Positions 41,493 through 57,108 of a stretch of 64,000 bases of DNA are shown here, piece after piece. Source of the DNA: Octopus vulgaris (taxonomy: Eukaryota); contig OX597823.1 of the NCBI GenBank assembly GCA_951406725.2, positions 105,834,001 through 105,898,000 of the forward strand, given 5' to 3'. The position numbers were made by a program, and so were the translations under genes. How positions within the stretch are numbered: the stretch's first letter is position 1; each line of letters opens with the position of its first letter. Below the pieces are notes generated by a model. That model saw only the letters and a program-made list of their open reading frames with translations, was not told the DNA's origin and did not search any database.

Positions 41493-43019
41493 TGGGAGTG
41501 AAAAAGAAAGAGAGAGAGAGGAGAGTGGAAGGAGATGGAGAGAAATAGAGAAAGGGGTGGAAAAATTACATAAAAGGGTTAAAGGAGAGGTATAAAAGTT
41601 ACAGGTAAAATGTCTATCTATCCATCAATCCATCCATGCATCCAACCATCCATCCACCCACCCATCCACCCAAACACCCATCTACCCACTTACCTACCTA
41701 CCTTTTTACCTATCTATCTATGTATCTATCTGTCTATCTATCTATCTATCTATCTACCTATCTATCTATCTATCTATCTATCTACCTATCTCTCCATCTG
41801 TGTGTATATATATATATACAGAGAAGGAGGAGAGAGAGGAAGAGACGGGGAGGATGATAAATAGTTAAATAGATAGATATATAAATAGGGAGATCGATCA
41901 ATCGATAGAGGGATAGATAGACAGGTAGGAAAGGAGATAGATAGTAAAGATAGTAAAATATATAGGTAAGCATATAGGTAGATAGGTAGGTAAGTGGCTA
42001 GATAGATAGACGGAAGGAAAGATAAGATGGATAAATAGAGTGAGAAAAGAGAAAGAGAAGAGGATAGAACAAAATGGAAAAGCGAAAGAAAAGTAAGGGA
42101 GAGAATAAAACTGAATAAAGATGAGGTAGAAATCGAAGAGGTGAGTGAGGGGGCGGGAGGACAGGGAGTAGGGGAAGGGGGACTAGGGGTGGAGAAAGAC
42201 AGAGTATATGAAGGGAGGGAAATAAGAGGGTGAACGATGGAAAGAAAACGTAAGATAAAAAGAAGGTAGGAAGAAAAACTGAATGAAAGTAAGAAGGAAC
42301 GTACACGAGCGCACGCGCGGACACACACACACACACAAAACACGCGTGCGCACACGCAACAAAAAATAGAAAAATATGAAAGAGAGAGAAAGGCGGAGAA
42401 AGAGAGAGAGAGAGAGATAAGAAGAAAGATACCTAAAAACTGTGAGAGATAGGGAATGAAAGAGTGAACATAAGATATATGTATAGGGAGTAATTCTCAT
42501 CCTTAAAAAAAACAGTTGTCATAAAGAACAGAGAGAGAGAGGGGGGAGAGAAGGAGGAGGGAGGGGGGGAGAGGGAGGGAGAGGGAGAGGGAGGGACAGA
42601 GAGAGAGAGAGAGAGAGATAAATATTGCAACATAGGAAGGAGATATGGCTATTTAAAAAAAAAAAGAATAAAAAACATGGTCTTGAGTGGATTTGTGAAG
42701 TGAATGTCACGGAAGGGTCAAGCTGACCACAACTTAATGACAAATACGGCAGTATAATGTCATACATAGCTATATTGTTGTTATTTAGCCCTGGGTCAAT
42801 CTTGATCAAGGTGATATTTGACCTCATGTATTCCCACCGTGACCGTCCCTTATGAATGACTATATTATCGAATGTACCTTTTCGTTTATTTGAATCAGGG
42901 ATTTTTCCACGGGGCCCCTTATGGCCCTTACTTCTATTGTACATAAAACATTTTAACTATTTTTTAGATACAATTTCTAATAATGTTTAATTACAAAAAT
43001 ATATAATATGATTTTTCTT

Positions 43020-43705
43020 GAGCTTGTTTCCAAAACACATGGTTCCGGGTTCAGTTCCACTGCGGGGGCACCTTAGGTAAGGGGTTTCTAAGATAGCCCC
43101 GGGCCGAAACTGAAAGAAACGTATTCTTTTATTCTTTTACTTATTTCAGTCATTTGACTGCGGCCATGCTGGAGCACTGCCTTTTTAGTCGAACAAATAA
43201 ACCGCAGGACTTATCCTTTTTAAGCTACTTATTTTATTGGTCTCTTTTGCCGAACTACTAAGTTACGGGGATGTAAACACACCAGCATCGGTTGTCAAGC
43301 GACGGGGAAGAAACAAAAACAGACACACAAATATACGCACACACACACACACATACACACACACATATATATATATATATACATAGCGGTTCGGCAAAAG
43401 AGACCGATAGAATAAGTACTGGGCTTACAAAGAATAAGTCCCGGGGTCGATTTGCTCGACTAAAGGCGGTGCTCCAGCATGGCCGCAGTCAAGTGACTGA
43501 AACAAGTAAAAGAGTTTCAAAAAGAGTTTTATATATATATATATATATACGACGGACTTCTTTCAGTTACCGTCTAGCAAATCCACTCATAAGACTTTCG
43601 TCGGTCCGAGGCTATAGTATAAGACCCAAGGTGCCACGCGGTGGACTGAACCCGGAGCCATGTGGCTGGGAAGCAAGCTTCTTACTACACAGCCACACCT
43701 GCTTC

Positions 43706-43755
<50 letters not shown>

Positions 43756-43935
43756 TGCGTGCGTTTGTATTTGTGTCTGTTCCCCTACTACCGCTGGACA
43801 TCCCCGTAATTTAGTGGTTCAGCAAGAGAACTCCGATAAAGTAAGTACCGTGGTTGATACGTTCGACTAGAAATCCTACAAGGTGGTGCCCAGCTTGGTT
43901 GCAGCCTAATGACTGAAGCAAGTAAGAGATAAAAG
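43020..43935. mobile_element. Nested cluster of SINE family B pieces in both orientations
   Basis: The minus copy 43128-43700 is interrupted by a plus fragment at 43384-43522. Further plus pieces lie at 43020-43120 and 43770-43935. Confidence 0.8.
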
Positions 43936-45088
43936 ACTGAACGGGTAGCAGGGTACATATAAGAATCAAAGGATTCTATAGGTTAAAAAAAAAGGTGGTT
44001 AAGAAACACTGATTTAAAGCAGTGTGCTGTGATCTGAGAAGCATTTGACAGTTATTTCTAGCAAATTAAGTTCGATACAACTATAGATGTTAATCCCAAA
44101 TCAGCCTTGGTGCAAAAGAATTATAATCGTAAAGCTTCTAACCATGGTCGTCATGCCCTGTTTTACGACATGCCGTATTTAAGGCTACATATATTCAATG
44201 GATCTTGCCTTAGGGAGTTGTTTGGGGGAGATATCGCTGCTATATCTAGCAAAACAAGAAAATACACAAAGGTTCCTTAGTTGGTTCATGTAGAAGAGAA
44301 AGAGGGATGATTGTTCTTTGACCGGGCCGCCGTATGTCAATGGTACTTGTTTATCTTATAAAATCTCATCGACAGAGTAAAGATAAATTTGATAAGCCAG
44401 TAATGAAACCTCAAGTTGCTAGAAATAGCAGTCAAGCTTGCATCAATGTCTTTAAAAGAAAGGACACACTAGAGAATGTGGTCTTAGATACACTGTGCCT
44501 GAAAAACAGGACGGGATTGTCTCGATTAGAACGGTTTTATTATAGAGCTACTGGTTGGGGATGACCTGTAGCTAAATAACAACAGCACCACCGCGATAAA
44601 GATAGCTCTACCACGCAAGGGAGCGTAACTAATCATTGCTTTTTTCCCCCCTTTTTTTTAGTTTAATGACCAATTGTATAATTTCAAGGAGCGAATAGAC
44701 AAAATTGTTAGAGACTGAAGACGTTGCGTTATTTTTTTTCTGGGTGGTTGCTTCCAATTCGAATCTTGTCGAGGTTAGCTTCGCTCTTCGTCATCCGGGG
44801 TCGATAAAATAATCATCTTTTCCTGGCGCAGTAAGTTGGCTGAATTTGTAAAGCATCGGACAAGATAATCTACGGTAGACTTAATCCGTCAGTCAGTTTA
44901 ACATCAAAACCTCGCCCTTGGGTACCCTCAACGGGGTTCATTCTGTTGTTAAGTTTCTGGCCCACGGATTGAAGAGAACTTCCTCCTAAACATGGAAAAT
45001 ATATATATGGTCATGAGCACACTCTCTGGCACTTAATTTACCAAACTCTGTTCGTATTAGGTATATCATCGATCCTTTCAATTAACTA

Positions 45089-45268
45089 CTGGGGAATCTT
45101 TCGGTATTCGTTCATGACGTCATATGAAAATCTTTCGGCAATTTACGAAAAAAGAAAACTATTCCTTATTCTTTTAATTTTTTAACGTACTGGTTAAACC
45201 GAAATTGCCTTTGATCTGCACGAGAGAGCTGAACAGTCAAGCACACACTCACAAATGCACGCGCGCAT

Positions 45269-45328
<60 letters not shown>

Positions 45329-45524
45329 CTAAATACACATACATATATCCTTTTTCGGTGTTTTTACGAATTACTTGACTTCATCTCTCGTGCAGATCAA
45401 AGACAACGTCATCTTTACCAACATATACAAAAAAAAAAAAAAATTCAAGAAATAATATTTTTTTTCCGTAAATTGCCGAACGATTTTAAAATGACATCAT
45501 GTACGAATAACGAAATATTGCCAG
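45089..45524. mobile_element. MITE with ~150-bp diverged TIRs, TA flanks and central (CA)n
   Basis: 45089-45240 versus 45375-45524 (e.g. TTCGGCAATTTACG/CGTAAATTGCCGAA and TTTGATCTGCACGAGAGA/TCTCTCGTGCAGATCAAA). TA at 45087 and 45525. Confidence 0.8.
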
Positions 45525-46372
45525 TAACTGGTATTTATTTAATCGAATCTCAATAAATGATTTGTACATAACCTACCGGAACTCCTATGCACGAGTGGCC
45601 CTTTTACTATATATCTAACCGGAATCTCCTTTTATCAGAACATCCATACTTGACTCAATTACCCAATGCACAATTGATTGATATTTTTCGGTCTTAATAA
45701 ATTATTGATACGTCTCAAAATCTCAAAACGTTATTAACACTTACCGACTTAAATGCATCACTCGTATAAATAAACGGTACTTAGTTCATCGGTTCAAATT
45801 CATACCTTGTTCTTATTCAACCAGGGGGAGATAACCGAAAGTCCAAGATGTACTCTTTAATAATTTTATGAATTTACTGAATATTGGAATCTCTGCAGCG
45901 GCCATGGCAAAGTAGGAACGCAATACCTGTAACAAGATTAATGGCCTGAAGCAAGCCATGGATGACCGAAGTAAAACACTGAGCACCGGTTGTGACGGAG
46001 AGGACAAACACAACACAGGCACACACGGAAACAGATATACATGAAGACGCGTGGCATAATGGTTAGCGGTGTTGCACTCACAGACATGGTTTCGATTGCC
46101 GAACCGGACGGTGCTTTATGGTGTTAACGAAAACAATTCATTTCACATTTCTACAAGTGTGAATGAGTAATTCTTTGATGGATTGACATCATTTTCTGGA
46201 GGAATTTTGCAATTTCGGACTTTTATACGCCAGGGAAACTGGATAACTAACCCTATAAGTCCGAGGGCTTGAGATGTCATTGTTCGTAGTGTTGAAGATG
46301 ATGATGATGATATATATATATATATACATATATATATGCATATATACATACGTATATGTACACACATCTATA

Positions 46373-46412
<40 letters not shown>

Positions 46413-46448
46413 TATATACATACGTATATGTACACACATCTATACGCA

Positions 46449-46502
<54 letters not shown>

Positions 46503-46530
46503 CATATATACATATATACATATATACATA

Positions 46531-46894
46531 TATATGCACATATGGGCACAGGACGTCACGAAACTTGTACAACAATATATGCTCTCGATAAAACAGTTGT
46601 CCTCGCCAAGCAAATTAAATAAAATTTGGGATTTTGCGGAGGGTCAAAATTGATAACACAAACACGACAGTGAAAATAAACAGGAAGGGCTGCTAAGCCT
46701 GAACGAGGTTGTCGTGACGAACGCTGGGACTGGAGACAGACTAGAACACGCCTTCCTTGTTCCAGCTACAACGGAGAGAAAGAAAGAAACACGTTTCTGG
46801 TGTTTGCTAAATTTTCTAGAGAACAATTCTTAGTGGTAAGACCATAGCGGATCTACTTCTCGCATTAGGTTGTCCACATAGTGGTAATCCCACT

Positions 46895-46954
<60 letters not shown>

Positions 46955-47189
46955 GGTGGAACAAGGAAGACGTGTTCTAGTTTGTCTCCAGTCCCAGCTT
47001 TCGTCACCACAACCTCGTTCAGGTTTAGCAGCCCTTCCTGTTTATTTTCACTGTCCTGTTTGTGTTACCAATTTTGACCCTCCGCAAAATCCCAAATTTT
47101 ATTTAATTTGCTTGGCGAGGACAACTGTTTTATCGAGAGCATATATTGTTGTACAAGTTTCGTGACGTCCTGTGCCCATATGTGCATAT
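46531..47189. mobile_element. Young ~240-bp inverted pair embedded in (TA)n
   Basis: 46531-46770 and 46951-47189 are near-identical reverse complements. The ORF track shows the same peptide on both strands. Confidence 0.9.
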
Positions 47190-47190
47190 A

Positions 47191-47254
<64 letters not shown>

Positions 47255-47337
47255 TATATACGTATATATTGTATATATATATATGCATATATACGTATAT
47301 ATGTGTATATATATATATATATATGCATATATACGTA

Positions 47338-47404
<67 letters not shown>

Positions 47405-47432
47405 GTATGTATGTATGGTATGTATGAATATA

Positions 47433-47638
47433 CAGTAACCCGTCGCCATATCGCGGTTTACCTATCGTGGTTTATTATTTAAACTTACGTGAATTCCTCT
47501 GTGGTGTTGTTTTGCATTTATAATAAAGTAAATATATACAAATTATAAAAATAAAAAATATGCATACAGTAAAGTACTGTTTCTATTTCGAGGAGTGCGT
47601 TTTGGAACGTAACACCCGCGATAGTCGAGAGACACCTG
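47433..47638. mobile_element. pogo/Tigger-like MITE
   Basis: TA|CAGTAACCCGTCGCCATATCGCGG ... CCGCGATAGTCGAGAGACACCTG|TA. Confidence 0.6.
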
Positions 47639-47840
47639 TATGTATGTATGTATGTATGTATGTATGTATGTATGTATGTATTATGTAAGTATGTATACCA
47701 TGATCCACACACTTGGCTATTCTGGAAACAGTCCCTATTTAAAAAAAAAATTTCTATTTAAATTCAATGAGTCTTTTAGTGATGCCAAATATTTTGCCTT
47801 TCATTTTTTATTCTAATCTCGCCTCCTCTCTGTGTGTGTG

Positions 47841-47955
<115 letters not shown>

Positions 47956-47956
47956 G

Positions 47957-48009
<53 letters not shown>

Positions 48010-48204
48010 AAAGGTAATTTCACCGATCCACCTATTCCGTCAAACTATAAAGGATTTAGTAATTATACTACATTATTTCATTATGAAAAGAGAGTTAGAA
48101 GAGTAATTATTTTAGCGACTAGGTAGAGAATGTACATGAAGGCATTTCCTAGGCAAATCTTTTGTCGTTGTTCGGTAGTTGTCTAGTAGGAAAGAGCGAA
48201 AGAA

Positions 48205-48236
<32 letters not shown>

Positions 48237-48719
48237 CACAATTTAACTTTTTGTACAGATTGATAAGAAGAAACTAATATATTTTCTTCTTTATACAAAT
48301 AACTATGGCAAGCTTTAGTCTTGCTGTTCAATTCCAGAGGTTTCAGTGATGTGGTATCCGCATGCTCCTTCGTGAGAGGTTGGGTAGCAATTTATTCGAT
48401 CATGTCTGCTTACGGCCAGTCACCATGCATTCACATATTTTGAGTTTGAAGTTTTCTTTCCATTGCAAACTGTTATTTCATTGGTCGTTTCTCAGCGCTG
48501 ATAGGGAGAGAATCCTCTTGATTTTTTTTTGTATTTCCTTTTACTAGAGTAGTCAATTTTAGTTTGATGGAAGGAAATACCTCTCTCTCTCTCTCCCTCT
48601 CACACGTACATACACACACACACGTACACACAGACATACATACAACACACATCCATACACGTAGGTCTACACGCACACCCACGCACACAAGCACACACAC
48701 ATGTGTGGCTGCCATGTTT

Positions 48720-49368
48720 TTATGTTTGTGTTTGTCTCTCGATGTTTGACAAACGGTGTAAGATTTTTAACCTCTTCTCGGCGAAAAGGTTCCGATATAA
48801 TTAATACCAGACTTAAAATAATTACGGGGATTGATAGCCTTCAAAGTGTTGCACCAGTATTGCGGTAGACCAAAAATTAAGAACCTTTTATACTTCTCTT
48901 ATTTCCACCTTTAGACTACGACCGTGCAAGGGAACCATCTTCAAGGGTGTAGTTAAACGAACCGTCCTCAGTACATATTTTTAAGTCTAGTAGTTTTGGT
49001 CACTTATGTCGAAGCACTAAGTTACGTGGATGTAAACGAACCAACACCAATATTCAAGCGGTGGTGGGAACAAACTCAAATACAAAGACACACACACATA
49101 TATATGTATGTATATATATATATATATATATACATATATATATACACATATATATACATACATATATATATATATATAATTACTTAAACACACACATATA
49201 TATGCCTCGGGCTTTTTTACAGTTTCCGCCTACCACATACACTAACAAGGCTTTGAGCGGCCAGAGCAAATGGCAGAATAAACTTGCTCAAGGTGCCACG
49301 CCGTGGGACAGAGCGGAAGCATGTGGCTGAGAAAGCAAGCTTCTTACACACAGTCAAACCTGCGCCTA
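48720..49368. mobile_element. SINE family B: diverged plus 3' half and a minus full copy
   Basis: CTAAGTTACGTGGATGTAAAC, CAAGGCTTTG, CAAGGTGCCACGC and AAGCAAGCTTCTTAC. Confidence 0.65.
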
Positions 49369-49751
49369 CACACACACACACACAGAGGCACACACACACA
49401 CAGAGGCACACACACACACACACATATATATGTGGTGTTTTTGCACAATACGTCTATTAAAGGGCAGTTTGTCCAGACGACCGCTGCAACTTCTGACTTC
49501 GGAGCGACAAGCGTTGTGGAACACAAACGGAGCACTGTGAGACACGAAGTATCTATGTGTACATCAACAGAGACACACATCAATAGTTTCGCTTAGATTT
49601 GTTTTACAAAACCTTTCGTGGACATAAAAAGAATCAACTGATCACGGACGCTTCGCTCTTCCTTCTACATCTGAGAAACTTTAGTTACGAAAATATAATT
49701 GATTCTGTTAATACACTTTTTACCTGCATTTGTATGTGCGTGCGTGTGTGC

Positions 49752-49809
<58 letters not shown>

Positions 49810-49916
49810 GTGTGTAAGTGTGTGTGCATGAGTGTATATGTATGAGTGTGTGTGTGAGTGTATGTTTGCCTGTGCGTGTGTGTGACGTTTCTGAGCGTGT
49901 GTATATAAGTGTATGC

Positions 49917-49947
<31 letters not shown>

Positions 49948-50394
49948 GCACCCACATCAATGCATCCATATATGCACATATACATACACACATAAATGAA
50001 TACGTTATACAGTCACATATATATATTTCTATCTATCTATCTATATATATATATATATATTTATATTTATTTATAAATATATATAGATAGAGAGAAAGAG
50101 AAAGAGAGAGAGAGAAAGAGAGAGAAAGAGAGGAGAGGGAGAGAGAAAAAGAAAGAGAGCTGCATTAGCACAAATATACATGTATGCTAAAGTACATACA
50201 AACACACATCTACGCATACATGCATATATCTATCTATACCTACATACTTACCTGCATATATACTAACAAGCGTACCTTCTTACCTAACTATCTTTATACA
50301 CAGCGTCTATGAAGGTACATACATCCCACATATACATACACACCTGCATACATATATACACATACGCATGCGTACATGCACACACACGCGTATG

Positions 50395-50425
<31 letters not shown>

Positions 50426-50497
50426 GTATATGTGTGTATATATATATTTATATATGTATATATATGTATATATATGTATATGTGTATATATATATGC

Positions 50498-50537
<40 letters not shown>

Positions 50538-50918
50538 ATATTCCCCGTGCCTAAGCTGACTCACGAGAGAGAAATTTTCATTAGGCGTTCTTGGAATAAT
50601 AAATCAATTTTGTGAAGAAAGTTCAGTTTTGAGTGGCAGTCTTTTGGTAAGTAGCGTCTGTTAGTATTGATCTGAACAAGCTCTAAACTTTCTATCTTCA
50701 GCAGTGTTTTCTGGTGTTGGTGGCACAGGTGGAGAGGGTGGAGTACGTGGCTTCAAGTTGGGAGCTGAGTAACCTCGGATCGATTCGACTCAACGCTACC
50801 AGTGTAAAATGGCATTGAAACCTATCTACGCCTACTTAGGAATCCTGTCAGGAATCCTGTCTGCTAGTTTTTCTTTCTTATTTATTTTTTTTCTGTTCTG
50901 CTTTTTAGTTGTTTACTT

Positions 50919-50987
<69 letters not shown>

Positions 50988-50990
50988 CGG

Positions 50991-51022
<32 letters not shown>

Positions 51023-51136
51023 CCGATTTATCTATCTCTTTCTTAGTCTTTTTTTCCTCTCTGTGTATATGCATCCACCCATAGATATCTTGTATGTATG
51101 TATGCATGTATGTATGTATGTATGTATGTATGTATG

Positions 51137-51170
<34 letters not shown>

Positions 51171-51305
51171 TGTATCTATGTATGCATGTATGTATGTATG
51201 CATGTATGTATCTGTCTATCTATCAACATATATATGTATATATATATATATATATATGGATGTAATAGATATATATGTGTACACATACATACACATGCAC
51301 GAAGG

Positions 51306-51380
<75 letters not shown>

Positions 51381-52017
51381 AGACTGCAACTTCGAAATGA
51401 ATTTGACTCTTCTTTCGGTATTGAGTCACCCTATCAGGAAATGTTCCGTTTTTATTCTGAAACTTACTTAAAATAACCTAATTCCAATACGTATATATAT
51501 TTATACATACATACTTACATACATACATACATAGGTACGTGTGTGTGTGTGTGTGTGTTTGTGTGTACTGCACAGGCCATGCGAAAAATACAAAAAAGAC
51601 AAGTACACTGATATATACGCATATACATATACACTCACATACCCAGACACACAGAAGGACACACGCACACACACACATACACACATACACTCACGCATGC
51701 ATGCAGGCACGCGCACATACACACATACACAAACGCGCATGTATATGTGTCTTGATGAACTTACTGATTACAAGGTATACATTTCTAGTGATGGTCGGGC
51801 TGCGGTTTATTGGAACAGTTTGATAAGAATATCCAGCGTTTAAATACTACTAGATAACTTTTAATTCACTTGTAATAAAGGCCTCGGAGAACAATAATCT
51901 TGATAAAAATAACCAGGAAATATTATTAACCGTGATTAGAATATGCTGCTTCCAGTGTTTATAAGTTTGTATCAACACAGAGGCAAACACGCTGACGTAC
52001 ATATGTATGTGTCAATA

Positions 52018-52477
<460 letters not shown>

Positions 52478-52768
52478 CATGAATAATATTTTTCTATATG
52501 AATAATATTTTTGTCTTATGACTAATTCGTCTTTTGTGCTGGGCACCTGGTAGTAAATAATATTACTACCCTTCTTGTTTATATTCGTATATGTATATAT
52601 AGGTAGAGAGAGAGAGAGAATAATATATATATATATAAGATATATATATATACATATAAGATGTATATATATTTATATAAGATAAATACATATATATATT
52701 AAACGAAGGTGGTGCCCCCAGCATGGCCTCAGCCTCTGTTTGATTCTAGTAAACGATAAAGATATATA

Positions 52769-52838
<70 letters not shown>

Positions 52839-53098
52839 CACCTCCCCCCACACACACAGAAATGCACTCATGAATGTATGTATCCAAAATGGCCGAAATG
52901 CTTCAGACGCTCTCGCTAGTCGTTGCTGGGGATGAATTTTCGCGTCCCTCCACTATCTGTTATCTATATGACCGGTTATCTCAGGAGCAATATCCCAGTA
53001 AGTGGTCTTTCGACAGTGTATATACAACAATTAGGATATACATAGATGGGTATTTAAATTTCATACTGCCTTGATTGCGTATATGTGTACATATGTGC

Positions 53099-53164
<66 letters not shown>

Positions 53165-53199
53165 ATACATATGCAAATAAGAATATATGTGTATATATA

Positions 53200-53378
53200 G
53201 ACCCTCCTGTTTGGCAGTCGCCATGATAGATCGTTAGCCACTACACACATTTTTTTCTCTCCTTATTTTTTCTGTGTCATTATCTGTAGAAGAGCGTAGG
53301 CTCGAAACGTAAAAGACTTTTTCTGTTCCTGAGCGTTATACTAATACATCTGTTTGCTTTGTACATCATTTGTACATA
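53200..53378 (+). mobile_element. HHR-bearing element in a (TA)n context, same family as 10426-10622
   Basis: CTGTAGA A GAGC gtag GCTC GAAACGTA AAAG at 53284-53315. Confidence 0.7.
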
Positions 53379-53386
53379 CTTTTATA

Positions 53387-53449
<63 letters not shown>

Positions 53450-53884
53450 GTGTGTGTGTATGTATGCATGTATATATGTATGTATATGTACAGACATTTC
53501 AAAGTTTGAACAGAATGAACACAATCAAGAGAAATTTTAGACGAAAACACGATGCACAAAATTCATGGCTGATTTCCTCGTTAGCCAAAAGCATCCTAGT
53601 GGTTTCGCGTGTCTTCAAAAATAAGCGAACAAACGGAAAATATACACATAGAATATAGCTAAATCCTCATCAGTTATCGTACACAGGATCATAATTTCTA
53701 TGTGTGTGTGTGTGCGTGGACTGTCAACGATATTATTACGTATTCTTTTATGCACCACGAAACCTTATGAGGGATCTTCTCAAAGTAAATGTGTGAGAAT
53801 AGAGAATACTGCGTTATTCTGGCACAACTTTCACGCGTCACGTTGATGATCAAGATTTCGTTTTGGTATTAGTACTGCCTCTGA

Positions 53885-54012
<128 letters not shown>

Positions 54013-54758
54013 TTCTCTCTCTCTCTCTCTATGTATATATATATATATATATGTATGTCTATGTATACACACACACACATACACACACACACACACACAC
54101 ATATATACATATATATGAATACAATGCATAAGGTAATTAACTTCGGCTGGCATGCCCCGTCCACTGTTGTTACTCTCGCTTCAACATAAATGGTCGCCGT
54201 CCTTTCGATGTCTTTCTGGAATAATCAAGTGTCCCACACTACATATACTTGAGTTGCCCCGTCTTCCTTTTCCCGGTGTTCGCGCGCCATTGCTATCTTC
54301 GCATGTCAACTGTTTGGCAGACACGAAATGTAACTTACTCTCGCGGAACAGATAAAGTGTCATGCTGTGGACGGCGCCTTCTTCACTTTACTATTTCTAC
54401 ATTTTTTATTGTACAGCACCAAACGATTTTTAGGTGTTTCGTAGACATCACTGGTGAAATTTGTGCAGCTTCTTGGCACCCTTGCCCACTGATATTTTTC
54501 TGATTCTTTACCATAAAAAAACAGTTCACGCAACTATTGGAGTACATAGGTGGACATTTAAATGATGTTCATGTTTACTAAAACCCAAATTGAAATCAGA
54601 GACTAGAAAAGGTCGCAGTTTTACCAATTCTGCTATCCATAATTTTTCTGCGCTTCCATCAATATTAGTACAAACTGCCCATATATTTATTTCGCCGAAC
54701 GGCTTGATACCGGTACTCATTTTTTAAGGGCTGAGGCTTATTCAATCGGCCACTTATA

Positions 54759-54910
54759 CCTATTTCCTTACTACCCACAAGGGGCTAAACGCAGAGAGGA
54801 CAAACAAGGACAGACAAACGGATTAAGTCGATTACATCGACCCCAGTGCGTAACTGGTACTTAATTTATCGACCCCGAAAGGATGAAAGGCATGGTCGAC
54901 CTCGGCGGAA
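54759..54910 (-). mobile_element. SINE family A 3' half with the Tx1-like tail
   Basis: CTTACTACCCACAAGGGGCTAAAC..GGATGAAAGGCATGGTCGACCTCGG. Confidence 0.88.
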
Positions 54911-54917
54911 TATATCG

Positions 54918-55288
54918 AACTGCTAAGATACAGGGACGTAAACACCCGTTATCAGGCGGTGGTGGGGATAAACAAAAGCACTCACACACACACACACACA
55001 TACGACGGGTTTTTTCAGTTTCCGTCTACCGAATCCTCCCACAAGACTTTACTCGGAACACGACTCCACGCAGCAGGTCTAAACGCGGAACCATGTGGTT
55101 CAGAATCTTTATTCTTTACTTCGGTCAGTATTTTGAATGACAGCTATACTGGGGCACTGCCCTAAAGAGGTTTAGTCGAACGAATCGACCTCTGTGCTTA
55201 TTCTAGCAATTTTGTACGCATTCTATCGTTCTTTTTTCCTGAAACGCTATATTAACATTATATATATATATATGTATATATATTATAT

Positions 55289-55352
<64 letters not shown>

Positions 55353-55738
55353 GTATGTATATATATATATATGTTCATATATATCTATCTGAGTGACTGT
55401 GTGGTAAGTAGTTTGCTCACCAACCACTTGGTTCCAGGTTAAGTCTCACTTGGGCAAGTGTCTTCTACTATAGCCTGGGCCCGACCAAAGCCTTCTGAAT
55501 GTATTTGGTAGACGGAAACTGAAAGAAGCCTGTCGTATATGCATACATATATATATATATATAAATGCGTGTGTGTAGAGTATTGGGTGTGATGTACAGA
55601 ATTTAATATTGGGGAAAATGTCGACAGAATTTTGGAAAAGCATCCTTTTATTTTTTCATTATTATTGGCGCTTTGTCCATCTCTAGAACTTGTCAAATAC
55701 AATTTATATATAATATACATATACATATACATACATAC

Positions 55739-55820
<82 letters not shown>

Positions 55821-56043
55821 ATGTGTGTATGTGTGTGTGTGTGTGTGTGTTTGTCCTCCACTCCCACCATCGCTTGACAACAGAAGTTGGTGCGTTTACG
55901 TGCTCGTTAACTAGCGGTTCGGCAAAAGAGACCGATAGAATAAGTAGTAGGCCTACGAATAATAAGTCCTGAGTTCGATTTGCACGACCTAAAGGCAGTG
56001 CTCCAGCATGGCCGCAGTCAAATGACTGAAACAAGCAAAACGA
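54918..56043. mobile_element. Cluster of SINE family B pieces
   Basis: Minus pieces at 54918-55245. Plus head at 55395-55535 and plus tail at 55848-56043. Confidence 0.75.
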
Positions 56044-56646
56044 ATATATATATATATATGTATGTATGTATGTATATATTATGTGTGTGTGTAATTGAGT
56101 ATGTGTGTCTTTGTGTGCTTGTGTAAAGGGAAAGAGACAAAAAGGGAGAATAACAACAATGGATGATGAGTTAGACAACAATGATGGGTTAGTGAAAATG
56201 TCTGAGAGAGGAAGACAGGATTAAGGTTTAAAATATCCCAAAGACTTAAGAATTGAGCTATTTCTTCGGGGCATAATTTTATGACCATCAGCATAAATGT
56301 TCTTCTTATTGTTCTTGTTGTTATTATGACTCTTATATATTTTGTTATAGACGCAGTTGTTTACGTTGTTTTTGCTGTGTCTAGTGTTTTTCTTTTCAAT
56401 GCGCTTGTTGTATAAATCTCTCGTTAACCCGTGATATTCAAATACGTGTATGCGTTTGTGAGCGTGTGTGTGTTTGCGTGTGTTTGTATATATATATATA
56501 TTGAAAATAAGAAAATGGAGAAGCACATTAGTTGGTTCATCAACTTTAGGGTATTAAAATGTTGACTTATTTATTTATCAAAACGACAACCATAATACCA
56601 TAAATACATATAGTATATTATTCAATGCATATAAGATAAGAATACA

Positions 56647-56702
<56 letters not shown>

Positions 56703-56978
56703 GTATGTATATATATATACACAGTCACTCTTGCACACACACATATATATATATGCTAAATGATGAAATTTCAATTTCGTCCAAAAAATCCACTCGCAAG
56801 GCTGAAGATATTTGCGGAAGCTGACACTCAGTGGAACTGAACCCGCAAACCTATGATTGAAAAGCAAACTTCTTACCACACAGCCGCGCCTGTGCCTGGA
56901 TATTTACGCATCTTCATTTCAGTCCTTTAATAGTTACCCATACGCTCACATACATACATACATACATACATACATACA

Positions 56979-57014
<36 letters not shown>

Positions 57015-57052
57015 TATGTATGTATGTATATATATATATGTATGTATATATG

Positions 57053-57108
<56 letters not shown>

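Noticed and set aside
54150-54500. Possible mariner C-terminal remnant on the minus strand (LYLFRE.K..DGD..)
   Set aside because: Only scattered residues match and no TIR was identified.
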